Source: Eledone cirrhosa
Lineage: Eukaryota
Length of the DNA: 64,000 nucleotides
Direction of reading: 5' to 3'
NCBI GenBank assembly: GCA_964016885.1
Contig: OZ024743.1
Coordinates: 270,940,001-271,004,000, forward strand
The notes under the pieces were generated by a model. That model worked only from the letters and a program-made list of their open reading frames with translations. It was not told the DNA's origin and made no database searches. Positions 35,975 to 48,293 of this stretch are shown here, in pieces (the stretch's first letter is position 1; the number at the start of each line of letters is the position of its first letter). The translations under genes and the position numbers were made by a program.

Positions 35975-36300
35975 ATTATGGCTTAGTGGTTATAGCGTGC
36001 GGCTTACAATAGTCAGGTCGTAAGTTCGATTCTCGGACCGGGCTTTGCGTTGTGTTCTTGAGCAAGATACTTTATTTCATGTTCCTCCAGTTCATTAGAA
36101 ATATGTTGCGACGTTACTGGTGCCAAGCTGTATCGGCCTTTCTTTCTCTTGGACAACATTGGTGGCGTGGAGAGGGGAGGCTGGTATACATGGTCGACTG
36201 CTGGTCTTCTACAAACAACCTTGCCCAGACTTGTGCCTCGGAGGGGAACTTTCTAGGTGCAAATCCCATGGTCATTCGTGACCAAAGGCGGTATTTACCT
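35975..36300 (+). mobile_element. Second tRNA-derived SINE family (about 320 bp)
   Basis: A-box TGGCTTAGTGG, B-box GTTCGATTC, then TGTGTTCTTGAGCAAGATACTT core-like segment. Confidence 0.75.
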
Positions 36301-37147
36301 TCTACTTCCTTAAAAGAAGAATGGACAGTATAGGAATAAATGGAATGACCACAGCTACAAGACTCATCATTACGGGTATGCCCAATCGGTACTAACCTTC
36401 CTATCTATTTGCCCCCACTTCACTCCCACCAGATCAGATATTTAGTTTCCTTGCCACATCAACCCCATGATGGCCTAAAAAGTAAATATGCGTCAAGTAC
36501 TCCCATGATTAGTGGTCTTCTCGTTCTCAGTACTGTGGACTCTCTCTCTGTGGCTATATTGTTAAGAAATTTGTCCCTAGAAAGAAAAGCAGATATTAAA
36601 TGATGATAATGATGACCTGTGAAATGCTGGCCTCACTTGTCCTACTGAATATATATTATTCAGTAGATCATCTAGAAATAGAAAAGAATTGTATGGTGGT
36701 TATGATGATATCACTGGCGTCAAGTTGGTCATCATTCAGTAGTTAATGATGACAACTTTCCATTTCTCACAAAGGATTGCTCTGTCTGTGTCTTGCTAAT
36801 ATGGGTTGTTGATGTTTAGCTCCAGACTAGCCACAACCAAGCAAACCAAGTTCTTACATAAAATGTTGCTGGAAAGATTTTAGATAAATATTAAACACTT
36901 TAAAATAAACAGCTTTGTATCATAAAACCAAGGGCAGTTTTATGTGAATATGTATCAAAAAGTTTAAATTATTTTGATAATAATCAAGAATGTTGAAGGA
37001 TTTAGTAATATAACTAACTTTCTCATTATTAAGCTGGCCTTTGGAACATAACTGAACAAAGGTTTGTACATAAAATTTGATGGTAGTTTTTTAGATAAAT
37101 ATCAAGTTTAGAAGGCTTCAGCCTGTCATCTGGAGCACGTAATAGAT

Positions 37148-37413
37148 CAGAGGTTCTGAAAGTGGGCACTACCCCTCCCCCCTCAGTGGTCATTGAGATG
37201 GTCCGGGTAGAGATGATATAATAGTATATTATATATAAATATAATAAAATAAAAGATATATGATATTTATTTATACATAGTATATATTATATTATTTATT
37301 ATATATTATTTACAATTTGCATGGAGGCAGGTCTCTGGAAATAAGGTTGGAGGTGCTGAGAGTATTATATGGCCGTGAGTGGGGCTGTCGCCCCAAAACT
37401 TTGAGAACCTCTG
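37148..37413. mobile_element. hAT (Charlie-like) MITE
   Basis: TIR CAGAGGTTCT / AGAACCTCTG; 8-bp TSD TAATAGAT / TAATAGAG. Confidence 0.8.
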
Positions 37414-37734
37414 TAATAGAGTAATAAACAGCTTTGTATCATAGAACCAAGTGTGATTTCGGATGATTTTATATCAACAGGGCTCAAGAGAATGGTTATG
37501 AGCCTAAGTGGTAACTAATATTTTTTTAGAGGAAAATAGTCACTGAGAAATCTCACCTCCCCCAATAAAAAAAATCTATAATTTACACATACATTGAGTT
37601 CTTTTAGAGGTAGCCATTACCATATATATATAAATCTACACCCTACCCCATCCTCCCATTTCCGTTCCATCCAGTGTCGATGACACAACAGTCCACACTC
37701 TATGGTGGCCGTGTAGGAGACACGGTAACGAGGC

Positions 37735-37911
37735 TCCCAGTCCACACTGTAAATGTGGTTGGTGTTAGGAAGGGCATCCAGCTGTAAAAAACCTGCCAGA
37801 CACACTTCTGTACGAGCGAGACATGGTCTCCCAACCATTCCTGCATCAAATGGAACAAAACCGTCTAACCCATGCTAGCGTGGAAGATGGACATTAAACG
37901 ATGATGATGAT
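37735..37911 (+). mobile_element. SINE/LINE 3' fragment with RTE-like tail ending in (GAT)n; related copies at 39058-39238 (+), 42202-42330 (-), 45893-46075 (-)
   Basis: TTAGGAAGGGCATCCAGCTGTA..AACCCATGCTAGCGTGGAAGATGGACATTAAACGATGATGATG. Confidence 0.7.
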
Positions 37912-38542
37912 TATATATATATCATAATCAACATTTAACATTCAACATCCGCTTTCCATTCTAATAAAGCTTGGACGAGTCTACATTGGCCAAGTCAGTA
38001 CTGAAACGAGTTTACTAACGTACCAGATAAGCTGGGGAGGTCTGCATATTACCTATGTATTGTCTCGTTCTACCGAGTGCACAGGAGAGGTTGTCATGTC
38101 TTTGATACAACTGAAGGATCCTCCCAACCCTTTGTTTAGCAATCTTTCTACGACTGGGTGTCCTTTCAATCACACCTTATCTTTTTACACCCATTTTTCC
38201 ATGCTTGCATGGGTTGGGCAGGTCTTCTCCCACACAACCTCCCTTCACATGTTGCATTCCTTCATCTACTCTCTGACATTCAGCATTTCAAGATTTGTTC
38301 TCATATCTTCTGCCCAGGTTTTGAGATCAGCTTTCAACATTTCTGCCCAGGCTTTCCTTAGTCTTCCTCTTCTGCAACTTCCTTCCACTAAGAACACATG
38401 ACACTTCTTCACCTAACAATCTTCATCTGTGCACATTGTTTGTCCGTACCAGTACATTCTTCTCTTTTACACACTGCATCTGATTCCTCTTATGCCTAGT
38501 TTTACTCTCAGCTCATTTGTCCTTTGTTATTCTGGCACACTA

Positions 38543-38700
38543 GGACGCCATGCTTGACGCAAAGAGTTACGGCCCTTTCCATTCTGTGTTCAAATCCCGC
38601 CGAGGTTAACTTTGCCTTTCATCCTTACGGAGTCGATAAATTAAAGTACCAGTAATGCACTGGGTAATTGCTGGCCTTGTGCCAAAAGTAGAAACAATTA
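38543..38700 (+). mobile_element. 5'-truncated tRNA-derived SINE copy
   Basis: B-box, central domain and tail. Confidence 0.8.
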
Positions 38701-38884
38701 TATATATATATCCAACATAGCATACTTGATTACACTTTTCTAAAAAAATATATCATACACAAAATGCCAGCATCAACAGTTTTCCAAGAGATGGCAACAT
38801 GAGTAGACCTGTTATTTTTATCTAAAGATATTTTTTCCAATTCCACCCCACCTATCCCTTCAATCTATCTAATTTCTCATTCTT

Positions 38885-38920
38885 TCTTCTGATGAAGGAC
38901 TAGCATCCGAAACGTTAAGA
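38885..38920 (+). ncRNA. Minimal type I hammerhead ribozyme in a pLTR-like fragment (38860-39005)
   Basis: TCTT-CTGATGA-AGGACTAGCATCC-GAAACGTT-AAGA, with palindromic stem III ACGT. Confidence 0.7.
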
Positions 38921-39471
38921 CCCTCTTCCTGCTATTTCAAGCATTAACCTAATATATTCCTTCCATATACTGTACTGATTGTGTTGTTATTTCTGTTTAC
39001 CTTTTAAATACATATATATATATATATACACATATATATATATATACACATATATTAAATGTGGTTGGTGTTAGGAAGGACATGCAGCTCTAAAATCTCC
39101 AGCCAAATTTACAGTCCCATCAGAACAAGGTATGACATGGCCAATTCTGACCAGACTTGTCACCCAACGTGGACGACCCGTTTAACTCATGCAAGCATGA
39201 AAAATGGACGTTAAAACAGTGAAGATGATGATGATGATATATAAACTAGAGGACCAGTGAACAATCATACAAACTGGGAAATTTGTGTTTTGATAAATTA
39301 ATGGTTTGCATAAGTGAAATCTGATAGTTTCTTGTTTACTGGCAAGGGATAATAAAATATGAATGACATTTTAATAATTTATATGTAAGATCTAATTACA
39401 AAAATGTTCTGCGTATATGTTCAAATGACATAAAAGGTCAAATATATGAGTTACTTTGGAGAAATAATGAG

Positions 39472-39730
39472 ATGGTTCTACCGTCACACCCTCTGCGGTA
39501 CATTCCTAATGAGTGTGGCTTAATTTGCAAGTCAGCTAGTAGACTGACCAGAGATGGTAGAATATATGAAGGCACACCCCAGCCACTATTGCCAGGAGAC
39601 AGACAGTTCAAGTGTCACATCTGTGAACGTACCTGCAAAACAAAAGTGGGTCTGAAAAGTCACCTGTGTACACATGATCATGCAATGTTCAATGAAAGGA
39701 TGGCACTCTTCTGACAAGAAGTAGCAATCA
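39472..39730 (+). mobile_element. 3' end of an RTE/BovB-like LINE with terminal C2H2-like fingers
   Basis: [38 protein letters not shown] followed by a short UTR and (TA)n. No splice context fitting TRAP1. Confidence 0.6.
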
Positions 39731-41045
39731 ACATATATATATATGTATACTTGTGTTTGTATATATATATATGTATACTTGTGTTTGTATATATATATAT
39801 GTGTGTATATATGTGTATGTATATATGTACATATATATATATATATATATATATACATATGTATGTATATATATATCATCATCGTCATTTTAATGTGCAT
39901 TTTGTCTGTAATAAGGGTTTGATGGGTCTATATGGGCTGTCAGTACTGAAGCGGTGGCTATTGATCTAGACAAGCCAGGAATCCATCGTCTCGCTACCAA
40001 GCGCACGGGAGTCATTGTCATGTTTTTGACACAACTGAGAGTCCTCCCAACCCTTTGTTTGGCAAGCCCTCCACAGCTGGATGCCCTTCTCATCACCAAC
40101 CATTTCATAAGGGGGAAGCAGCTAGGAGCATGTGTGTGTGGGGGGTGAGGAGGGTGTAGTGGTGTTTATGGTAGCTGTGGTGGAAGAGGCAGGGAACCAG
40201 GCCACCTTGTATGTTGCAGGTCAGGTCTTCTTCAGCCCCACAGTTGTGCAGTTAGCTTTTTCAAGTTGGTTCTTCACAACCTCATCCCATGTCTTCCATG
40301 AGTCCCTGCAACTGGGATTTTTCTGCATATATATATGTATGTGTGTATTTTCCTCTCTTTACGTTGGCTCACCATTCGTATTTGTTTACCTGTCTCTCTC
40401 CACCCAACTCTTTTTATCCCAATAACTTATTTTAATTATTGCATCGCCCTAGCCTGAGGTATATGGTCTGTAATGCGAAGAAATACCTTTGATGGCTAGT
40501 AGACCACTGATGATGGATAGTCATGGCTTCTATTTCTAATTCTTTATTATATATATATATACATAATAGTAGAACACTGGTGGGTTATATCCGTAGTAGT
40601 AGTAGTAGAGCACTCAGTTCATGGGACGAGTATGCATATATATATATATATATATGTTTGTGTGTATGTACATCTGTATGTTAGGACATCATTCTAGGAG
40701 GAGGAAAACTCTGATGTAAAAGTAAAACCTGTGATTTCTTTTTGGATACCTGTCACTGTTGTTCAGAGAATGGGACTGGTCTAGAGCAAGGCCTTTCTTC
40801 AATTGAAAAAGCTTCAAGCACAGGCATCACTTGATCTAAACAACATTGACTTGTGTTGCATGAGCACAGCCTTTTCTTCTTTCACTGCAGCATATGTGGA
40901 AAGGAATCTAAGTCCTTGGAAAGGCTACAAAGTCATATTTTTGCAATCCATATATAAGAAAAAGGTCAAGGGATGGTAGTTCTTGAAATCAAAATGCACC
41001 CATTTTATATATATATGTTTGTATGTTTATATGCATGTATGTGTA

Positions 41046-41084
<39 letters not shown>

Positions 41085-41115
41085 GTTTGTTTTTTTACCG
41101 TTTCTTCTTTGACAG

Positions 41116-41313
41116 CTCAAGTTTATAAATCCATTAGTTTAGCCGAAGACCAAGCTTTGCGACCAAGATTCTTTACAAAGAATTTCTGCAGCCCATTACG
41201 CGGTATATGTTCCACCCGTTATTTGAGTTCATCTGTTCAAGAATCAGTCGATGAAAACAATGCTAATGAGGATGATTACCATTCCATTATAAAAAATACT
41301 GAACGGGAAAAAG
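41116..41313 (+). CDS. TRAP1: TRAP1 coding exon 2
   Basis: Acceptor TTTCTTCTTTGACAG|, donor AG|GTAAGA, phase 1-1, 198 nt. Translation (A)QVYKS..RYLSSSVQESVDENNANEDDYHSIIKNTEREK(G). The end resembles the vertebrate TRAP1 'LHSIISSTESVQG' that precedes 'HEFQAET'. Confidence 0.82.
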
Positions 41314-43080
41314 GTAAGATTTTTTTTTTTTTACTCTCTGTCTATTTGTCTTTTTCAGAATTTATTTAAAACTTTGCTTTTATATTTGTTCTGTAAGATT
41401 CTTGATGTGAAATTGTGTGTTGAAACATATATTGGGGGAGGGGGTGGTCATTCTGCCAATAAAAACCATACATTAATTTTATCATGAGTTAAGTAACTAA
41501 TCCATTCCTTTGTTAGTTTAGTAATTAGATGGTTATTTGTCATATTTTATTGTCAAAGCTCTTTCATCACACATTCTGGGACCTTCTCAATGACTTTTCT
41601 TTCTCCTGTGTGTCTCTTCGTTTTGATTTTGTTTTATTTACTCCATCTTGTCTTTCCTGGAAAGGAAGTTAATAGTTAAAGCATAAAACTTGGTTAATTA
41701 CATTTAAGATTTTGATTGTCTTCAATTTTATTCTGTAGTTAAGGTTGCGTAAAGCTTGAACACATGTTGCGACAATATTATAGATAATGATTTCCAACAT
41801 AGCTACAAGGATGTCACTATATGGGATGGAGCACTCAAAAATATCAACCGAAGTACATGACTGATACTTTATTTCATCAATACCCCTGGAGGAGGTGTGA
41901 AAGAGAAAGTTGACTGTGGCAAGATTTGAAACATCGACAAGATAATAAAAAAAATATTTAGTTGTAGAAAACATACCAAAAAGGGTTGAGAAAACTTTTC
42001 CGTCATATCAAGGACATGACAACTTCCCTAGTGCTCGTCCCAAGATAAAATGTATTCAGTACACTTTGTAAAGTGGTTGACATTTAGAAAGGCATACAAA
42101 TGTAGAAACCATACCATAACTAGAATATATGTAAGTGAAGTGAGGCATACCCTAGCCCATTTAGGAAGAGAGTAGCTCTGTTAAGTACAGACTTAACCCT
42201 TTCATCATCATCATTTTACGTCCGCTTTTCCCTGCTTGCAAGGGTGGAACGGGAACTGATTCTGGCTTGATTTCTACAGCTGGATGCCCTTCCTAACCAA
42301 CCTCATTTACAGTGAGTGCTGGGTGCTTTTTTGCCGTGGCACCTCCACGACCACTTTCCAGTGGAATGATATGGACCTCAGTCCCTACCATCTCATTTCT
42401 ACAGCTGAGTAAACTGGAACAATGTGAAATAAAGTCTCTTGCTCAAGGAAACAACACATCACCCGGTCCGAGAATTGAACTCACAACCTTTCGATTGCAA
42501 GGCCAATGCTCTAACCACTAAGCCATATGCTCCTTTAACATTTACATTTCAGTAAACACTTTATCTCACATAATTATTTCACACAATATCAAATCTATGA
42601 GATTTTGATATTATTTATTTTGAGAAAAATACCTTAACATCAGTATGAGTGACCGGTTACGGCTGGTTTGAACAAAAAAAAGATGAGATAATTCTGGCTG
42701 GATATAGCTGGATATGCTAAAAGATTAATCTGTAACTGCCCATCCAACCCATTTTGATATATCAGTTGCAGGTGTGTGTGGCTTTTGGTTCTATCCCACT
42801 GTGTTAAACCTTGGGCAAGTCTTAAGTTCAAGCATGGCTATGTGGTGAAGAGGTTGGCTTTGTAACCATGTGGCTTTAGGTTTTATCCTAATGTGTGGAA
42901 CCTATGCAAGTTTTAGATTCAGCCATGGCTACCATCATCTCCATTTTACGTCTGTTTTCCATACTGGCATGGAGTGAATGGGTTGCCATGTTTCAAGACT
43001 AGACAGATCAGCTGACCACATCGTACTCATACATTTCATTTTGGCACAGTTTCCTCTGCTGGATTCCATTCCTAATGCTA

Positions 43081-43655
43081 ACCATTTTATTGCATGTACT
43101 GGATGTATTTTATCATGGCACCATCACTACCACTTTACAAAGTGGACTGGATGTATTTTATCATGGCACCATCACTACCAATATACAGAATGTACTGGGT
43201 GTATTTAATCATTGCACCAGTCATACCACTTTATAGAGTGGACTGGGTGCATTTTATTGTGGTACCAGCGCTACCACTTTACAGAGTTAACTGGGTGCAT
43301 TTTATCATGGCACCTATGTGGTTAAATTCACATGGCTTTAGGTTCTATCAGATTCAGTCTGGGTATAATAGGAATCAGTTGTATGCAATAGAGTAGATTG
43401 TATTACTATAGACATGGTGGTTGATAGTGTTGTAGTGTACAATAGAGTAGTTTGTACTAGTATATACATATGATGTGTATAGTGGTTGATAGTGTTGCAG
43501 TGTACAATAGAGTAGTCTGTACTTGTATAGACATATGTGTATAGTGTTGTAGTGTACAATAGAGTAGTCTGTACTAGTATATACATATGTGTATAGTGTT
43601 TTAGTGTACAATAGAGTAGTCTGTACTAGTATAGACATGTGATGTGTATGGTGTT
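43081..43655. repeat. Two adjacent short tandem arrays (about 48-bp and about 52-bp units)
   Basis: ACCACTTTACAGAGTGGACTGGGTGCATTTTATCATGGCACC x~5; GTGTACAATAGAGTAGTCTGTACTAGTATAGACATATG x~4. Confidence 0.8.
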
Positions 43656-44389
43656 TGACAGTGGAATAAAAATAGAAACTGGCAAGTGATCCAAGTTGAA
43701 GGATCATGCAGTGGTGAAAGCTGGACCTCACAAAGGAAATGAAAAAAGATCGCAGTTGGTGAGATGTTGTTCTGAAGAAGACCTGTCCAACCCATCCAAA
43801 CATGAAAACATATGCATAAAAGGATGATTGTATTTACAGACTTGTTCCAGTGCTGTATCATTTCTTTCAAATCAACAATTTCATCACAATAATGATAATA
43901 ATAATATTAATCTATTATATTAAAGTGCTAATAATAGATTAAGTGTGGTGTAAATTGTTGGTCACACTGTGGAAAGGGGACAGCAAAAGTGTGTGTGAGA
44001 GAGAGAAAGGTGGGGGTTGTAGTGGTGGTTGCAGCAGCAGCAACTAACTCCAAAATTTATTATTTTTCAATCTTACATCTTTATGGTAAGAGTGTGTGTG
44101 TGAGGGAGAGAGAGAACTAAAAGACAAATTACTTTTTAAAACTTCAATCACTGTGGAAAGAGGATGGTAGAAGTGTGAGAGAGAGAGATAGTGGTGGTGG
44201 TGATGTCGAAATATTGTTTTAAAAACCTACGCTGTACAAACAATATTATTTCTCAAATTATAAATGTGTAAAATATTCCATTTTGGGAGTTTCAGTCATT
44301 TGTTAAATTTATATGATTAATATTTAATTGAAGTGCTGTTTATATTATTTGTGTGTGTATGTATGTATGTATATATATATATGTGTATG

Positions 44390-44512
44390 TAAGAAATAAA
44401 CAGAAATAACAAAAGAAACTGCGCAGTACATGGAAGAAATATATTAGTTTAACACTTGAAATAGCAGGGAGAGAGCCTTAACGTTTTGGGCACTAGCCCT
44501 TCATCAGAAGAT
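44390..44512 (-). mobile_element. Copy of the minimal-hammerhead pLTR family (GAAA mutated to AAAA)
   Basis: - strand TCTT-CTGATGA-AGGGCTAGTGCCC-AAAACGTT-AAGG, followed by sequence homologous to 38920-39000. Confidence 0.65.
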
Positions 44513-44882
44513 ACTTAGAAATAAAAGATAAATAAATAGTAAAGAGTGATAAGAGGAAGGAATGGGGGGGGGGAAATATTGAAGAAAGAAAAGGGGCAGT
44601 AAAAACACACACGTGCGTATTTAGTTAGCTATCTTGGATAGTGATATACGTGTGTGTAAAATCTTAAGTTGTGCCAGAGGGAAGGAGTAACCACAGTTAA
44701 AAAGGTACTCAATACATTGATCATTTGTATGAAATCGTCAGGAATGAAACAGTTCTAGTCCTGTAGAAGTAATTTCTATAATATAAACAAAACACTTAAA
44801 ATGTATTGATCTTCAATACTTGATAGTTGTTTCTAATGAAACCATGGAATTTCCATGGCATCAGCTACTACTACTAGTAAGG

Positions 44883-46795
44883 ATTTCTACTTAAGTCACA
44901 AGTTAAGTAATTTTAGAGAAGGAAAAGTCAATTATAGCAACCCCAGTACTTAACTGGTACTTTATTTTATCGACCCCAAAGGGATGAAAGGCAAAGTTGA
45001 CCTTGGTGGGATTTGAAGTTAGATGTTAGGACAAAAGCATTTTGTCCTTGGCTCTACTGATACTGCCAATCCACTGACTTAGTAATAATGATTTCTAGCA
45101 TAGGCATAAGGCCAGTAATTTAGGGGGTGGGGAAAGTCGATTAAATTGACCCCGTAAGGATGAAAGGCAAAGTTAACCTCAGCGGTATTTGAACTCGGGC
45201 CGTAACTCTATGTTGCAAAGCATTGTTTCCGACTCTCTACCGATACTACCAATCCACCACCCTACTGCCTTAGTAATAATAATAATAGTTTCTAATTTGG
45301 GTGCAACGCCTGCAATTTAGTATGATAGGCAAAATTTCCATCAGCGGGATTCGAATTCAGAACATAAAGACTGTAACAGAATTTTATCGACCCTGGATAA
45401 AAGCCAAGGTTGATCTCATGTTAATAAAAATATTCTAATTTCTAAAACACTTGATGTGGGAAGGACCTGATCAATTAAACCTGTCACAATATCTCATTCT
45501 ATCAACCCCTAGGATGAATGAAAGGACAAATTTAATCCCACTAAGATTTGAACTGATAAAGTCAGTTATATGTTTGAATTTCAAAAGCTATCCTTGACAT
45601 ATCTGCCACAAGTTGCACTTCAGTTGAGCACTGGATCATTTGTCAACTCAACAAAAATGATATTGGTTTCTAATTCAGGAACAAGGTCAGAAATTTTGGT
45701 GGTGGAGTAGGGAAAAGTTGATAAAAAACAACCCCAGTACTTGATTGACGCTTTATTTTATCAACCCCAGAAGGATAGAAGGCAAAGGTGACTTCGGCGG
45801 GATTTGAACGCAGAATGTAGAGAGCCAGAACAAATACCACAAGGCATTTTGTTCAACACTAATAATTCTGCCAATCCACTGCCCTCTTAATATCATCACC
45901 GTTTTACGCCCATTCTTCCACGCTAGCATGGGTTAGACAAGTTGTCCTGTTGTGGGTGGGCAGTGCTAGGTCAGGTGACCATGCCTTGCTTATACAGAAC
46001 TGATTTGGCTTAGTTTCTACATCTGGATGCCCTTCCTAGCGCCAACCTCATTTACAGTGAGTACTGGGTGCTTTTTGTTGTGACACTTACACAACCACTT
46101 TACAGTGTGGTCTGGGTGCTTTTTGTTGTGACACTTACACAACCACTTAACAGTGTGGTCTGGGTGCTTTTTATTGTGGCATACACGACCACTTTACAGT
46201 GTGGACTGGGTGATTTTTTGTCATGACACCTACATGACCACTTTACAGTGTGGGCTGGCTTAATAATTTCTTTATCAGAGTTTACATTAAAGAAAACATT
46301 AAGGATGGCAAAGGACAAAACATGGAGTGTGTGGGTTTTGCATGTATTTTCTAATTTTGACAAAGCCAGCTAGCGATTTGGGAGTAGAGGAAAGTTGATT
46401 AAATCAATCCCAGTAGTTGACTGGTACTATATTTTATTGACACCCCCTCTCCTCCCCTCCCCTGAAAAGGATGAAAGACAAAGTTGATCTCAACAGGATT
46501 AGAACTCAGAATGTAAAAAGACAAATCTGAATGCTGCTAGGTATTTAGTTCAACACTAACAATTTTATCAATCCACTGCCCTCATAATAATAATAATGGT
46601 TTCTTATATAGGCACAAGGCCAGCAATTTTGAGGGAGGGGAAAGTCGATTCAATCGACCCCACTGCATGACTGGTACTTTATTTTATCGACCCCGTAAGG
46701 ATGAAAGGCAAAGTCAACCTCAGCGGGATTTGAACTCAGATCATAAAGAGCCGTAACTCTATGCGTCAAAGCATGGCGTCCGACCCTCTACCGAT
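44883..46795 (-). mobile_element. Cluster of at least 5 tRNA-derived SINE copies or fragments, all on the - strand
   Basis: Central domains at about 44960, 45150, 45760, 46430 and 46680. Confidence 0.8.
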
Positions 46796-46954
46796 TTAAT
46801 AATAATGTTGACTAGAAATAGATTGTAGACCCATCAAGCTGGTTATTTCATAGACCACCACCACTATGTATAACTTAATTCAATTTTCAAAATCCAATCA
46901 TTTGCTGAAAGAGAAGTTATTAGCATTCCACTACATTGACCAATTAGATAAATA

Positions 46955-47910
46955 GATGGTGGTGTTGGTGGTAGTGGTGTTGGTGGTGGTGGTAATGACT
47001 GATGGCTGTGGTGATGGAAGTAATGACTGTGGTGGTGGTGGTGGTGGTAGGGATGATATTGGCATCAGATGATGATGATAAAGTGGTGATGATAGTAGTG
47101 ATTGTTTGGTTTTCTTGGAACTATAACTTTTGTCTCTTGTAGAAAGAACTATGGTAGTGGTAGTAGTAGTAGTAGTTGTAGTGATGGTGGTGAGTTATAG
47201 TAAGTTACTGGTGGGTGATGTGGCATGACTTTAGAAGTGTAGGTCATAGGTAGGGGAGGGGCTGTATGCAGGAGTTTATGAAAATCATGGTGATGTGGTG
47301 GTGGTGGTGTTGTTAAGGGCAGTGGTGGTGGTGTTAATGTCAGTGTTGATGGTGGTAGTGATAATAATAATGATGGTAGTAGTGGTAATGATAATGATGG
47401 TAGTAGTGATGTTTGTGATGATGATTGTTAGTGATTGATGTGATAATGATGGTGTTGATGTTAGTGGTGGTTGTGATGATGATAGTGTTGTTGGTGGTGG
47501 TTGTGATGATGATAGTGTTGTTGGTGGTGGTGGTTGTGATGATGATAGTGTTGGTGGTAGTGGTTATGGCATTAGTGGTGGTGGTTGTGATGATGATAGT
47601 GGTGGTGGTGGTAGTGGTTATGGCATTAGTGGTGGTGGTTGTGATGATGATAGTGGTGGTGGTGGTAGTGGTTATGGCATTAGTGGTGGTGGTGATGATA
47701 GTGTTGGTGATGGTGGTGGTAGTAGTGGTGGTGGTTGTGATGATGATAGTGTCCGTGGTGATGGTAGTGGTTGTGATCACGATGGGGTTAGTGATTGATG
47801 TGATAACGATGGTGTTATTGATGATGATGATGATGATGATGATGATGTTAGTGGTGGTGTTTGTGATGGGGGTGGTGGTATTGGACATAGATATGATGAT
47901 GATGATAATG
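46955..47910. repeat. (GGT/GAT/AGT)n trinucleotide low-complexity region
   Basis: Directly visible. Confidence 0.9.
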
Positions 47911-48293
47911 AAGGCTTCAGGATCTACACTAATGCACACGGCTGCTTTAAATTGAGTTGCTAATTGGTTTGGTGCAGCAGCGTCATTGCAGTAAGTTCTG
48001 GTAAACAGGCCTATTGCTGCAAGTGATGGCACCAGTCTTTAAGTTATTCAATTCAATTCTATGAAAGTCTTCAGCTGATAATCAAGTCTCTTTCACAGTA
48101 CAGCTTCTACTGTCCTTTTGTTAATACTGAACAGTGTTGTGGGTTGAGGGGAAACTAATTTTGACAGCATTTCTATGCCGGTTCCTCTTCAGTTGCAAAC
48201 TAGTATTACTGCTACTGTGTTGCTAACTCGTTGCTCATCACAACAGTGTCAGCTCCTCTTGTGTTGTTGCTAACTACAACAGTGTCAGCTCTT

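Noticed and set aside
39472-39714. Host C2H2 zinc-finger gene exon
   Set aside because: No TGEKP linkers or splice sites, and the first finger is decayed. It fits the terminal fingers of an RTE-type LINE.
45570-45625. TRAP1 exon 3 (FEFQ..)
   Set aside because: Does not continue as AETxxLLDIVAxSLYS
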